DNA of 61,387 nt, filler included, from Sphacelaria rigidula (lineage: Eukaryota), in assembly GCA_964200075.2 (NCBI GenBank). It is 8 parts of 8 records of this genome, joined end to end, with 100 filler letters (N's around TTAATTAATTAA, not from the genome) between each part and the next. Parts side by side here need not be neighbours in the genome. Positions count along the whole stretch, not along the records: positions 53,803 to 61,387 come from CAXNAA020014214.1; 7 more parts are not named here. One strand, given 5' to 3'. A model generated the notes under the pieces. The model saw only the letters and a list, made by a program, of their open reading frames with translations, had not been told where the DNA came from and made no database searches. Positions 61,116 through 61,387 of the stretch are shown piece after piece (positions within the stretch are counted from its first letter, which is position 1; each line of letters starts with the position of its first letter). Position numbers and translations under genes: made by a program.

Positions 61116-61387
61116 GGTTGCCCACTCGCGTGCTCGGAAGTCTGGATATCGATCGAACCTGAGAAACCGTCTCCATTCGTAGTTTTTTTTAACCATTGCA
61201 TTTGCTCTGCCATTTTAACCCGCGGTCTCAAGGGATGATCCGTATTTCTGCCGGTACGCGACGTACATTCTGGCATCGCGGATTGGCAGAGTCATGCTAC
61301 GAGGGGGGGGGGGGGGGGTTTTTTTCCACAAAATTTTTTTTGAAATCGTCGGTGATAGAAGCAATGGTTGTCAAAAGGCGGTTTTTT

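Overview
Eukaryotic, repeat-rich nuclear DNA. It is most likely from a brown alga (Phaeophyceae); this is inferred from the long GT-AG introns and Ectocarpus-style LINE, Copia and Gypsy peptides. The window is NOT contiguous. It is eight contigs (7587, 7586 x5 and 7585 x2 bp, apparently sorted by length) joined by 100-bp spacers of N44-TTAATTAATTAA-N44, so nothing is syntenic across the spacers. Host-gene exons: pyrroline-5-carboxylate reductase (2 exons), PP2A scaffold subunit A (2 exons), seipin (3 exons, minus strand) and a probable MsrB first exon. Most of the rest is mobile DNA: two decayed Copia elements, an internally deleted chromovirus-type Gypsy nested just after the protease motif of an older Gypsy, an RTE-like LINE and several LINE 3' tails, a pogo/Fot1-type transposase relic, a probable KDZ-type transposase relic and several MITE families (Tourist-like with TWA target-site duplications, hAT-like with 8-bp duplications). 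The most unusual structure is a 1.57-kb hAT-type non-coding element carrying about 23 co-oriented 42-44-bp units made of two conserved motifs separated by variable spacers. All family calls come from motif recognition by eye, with no database searches.
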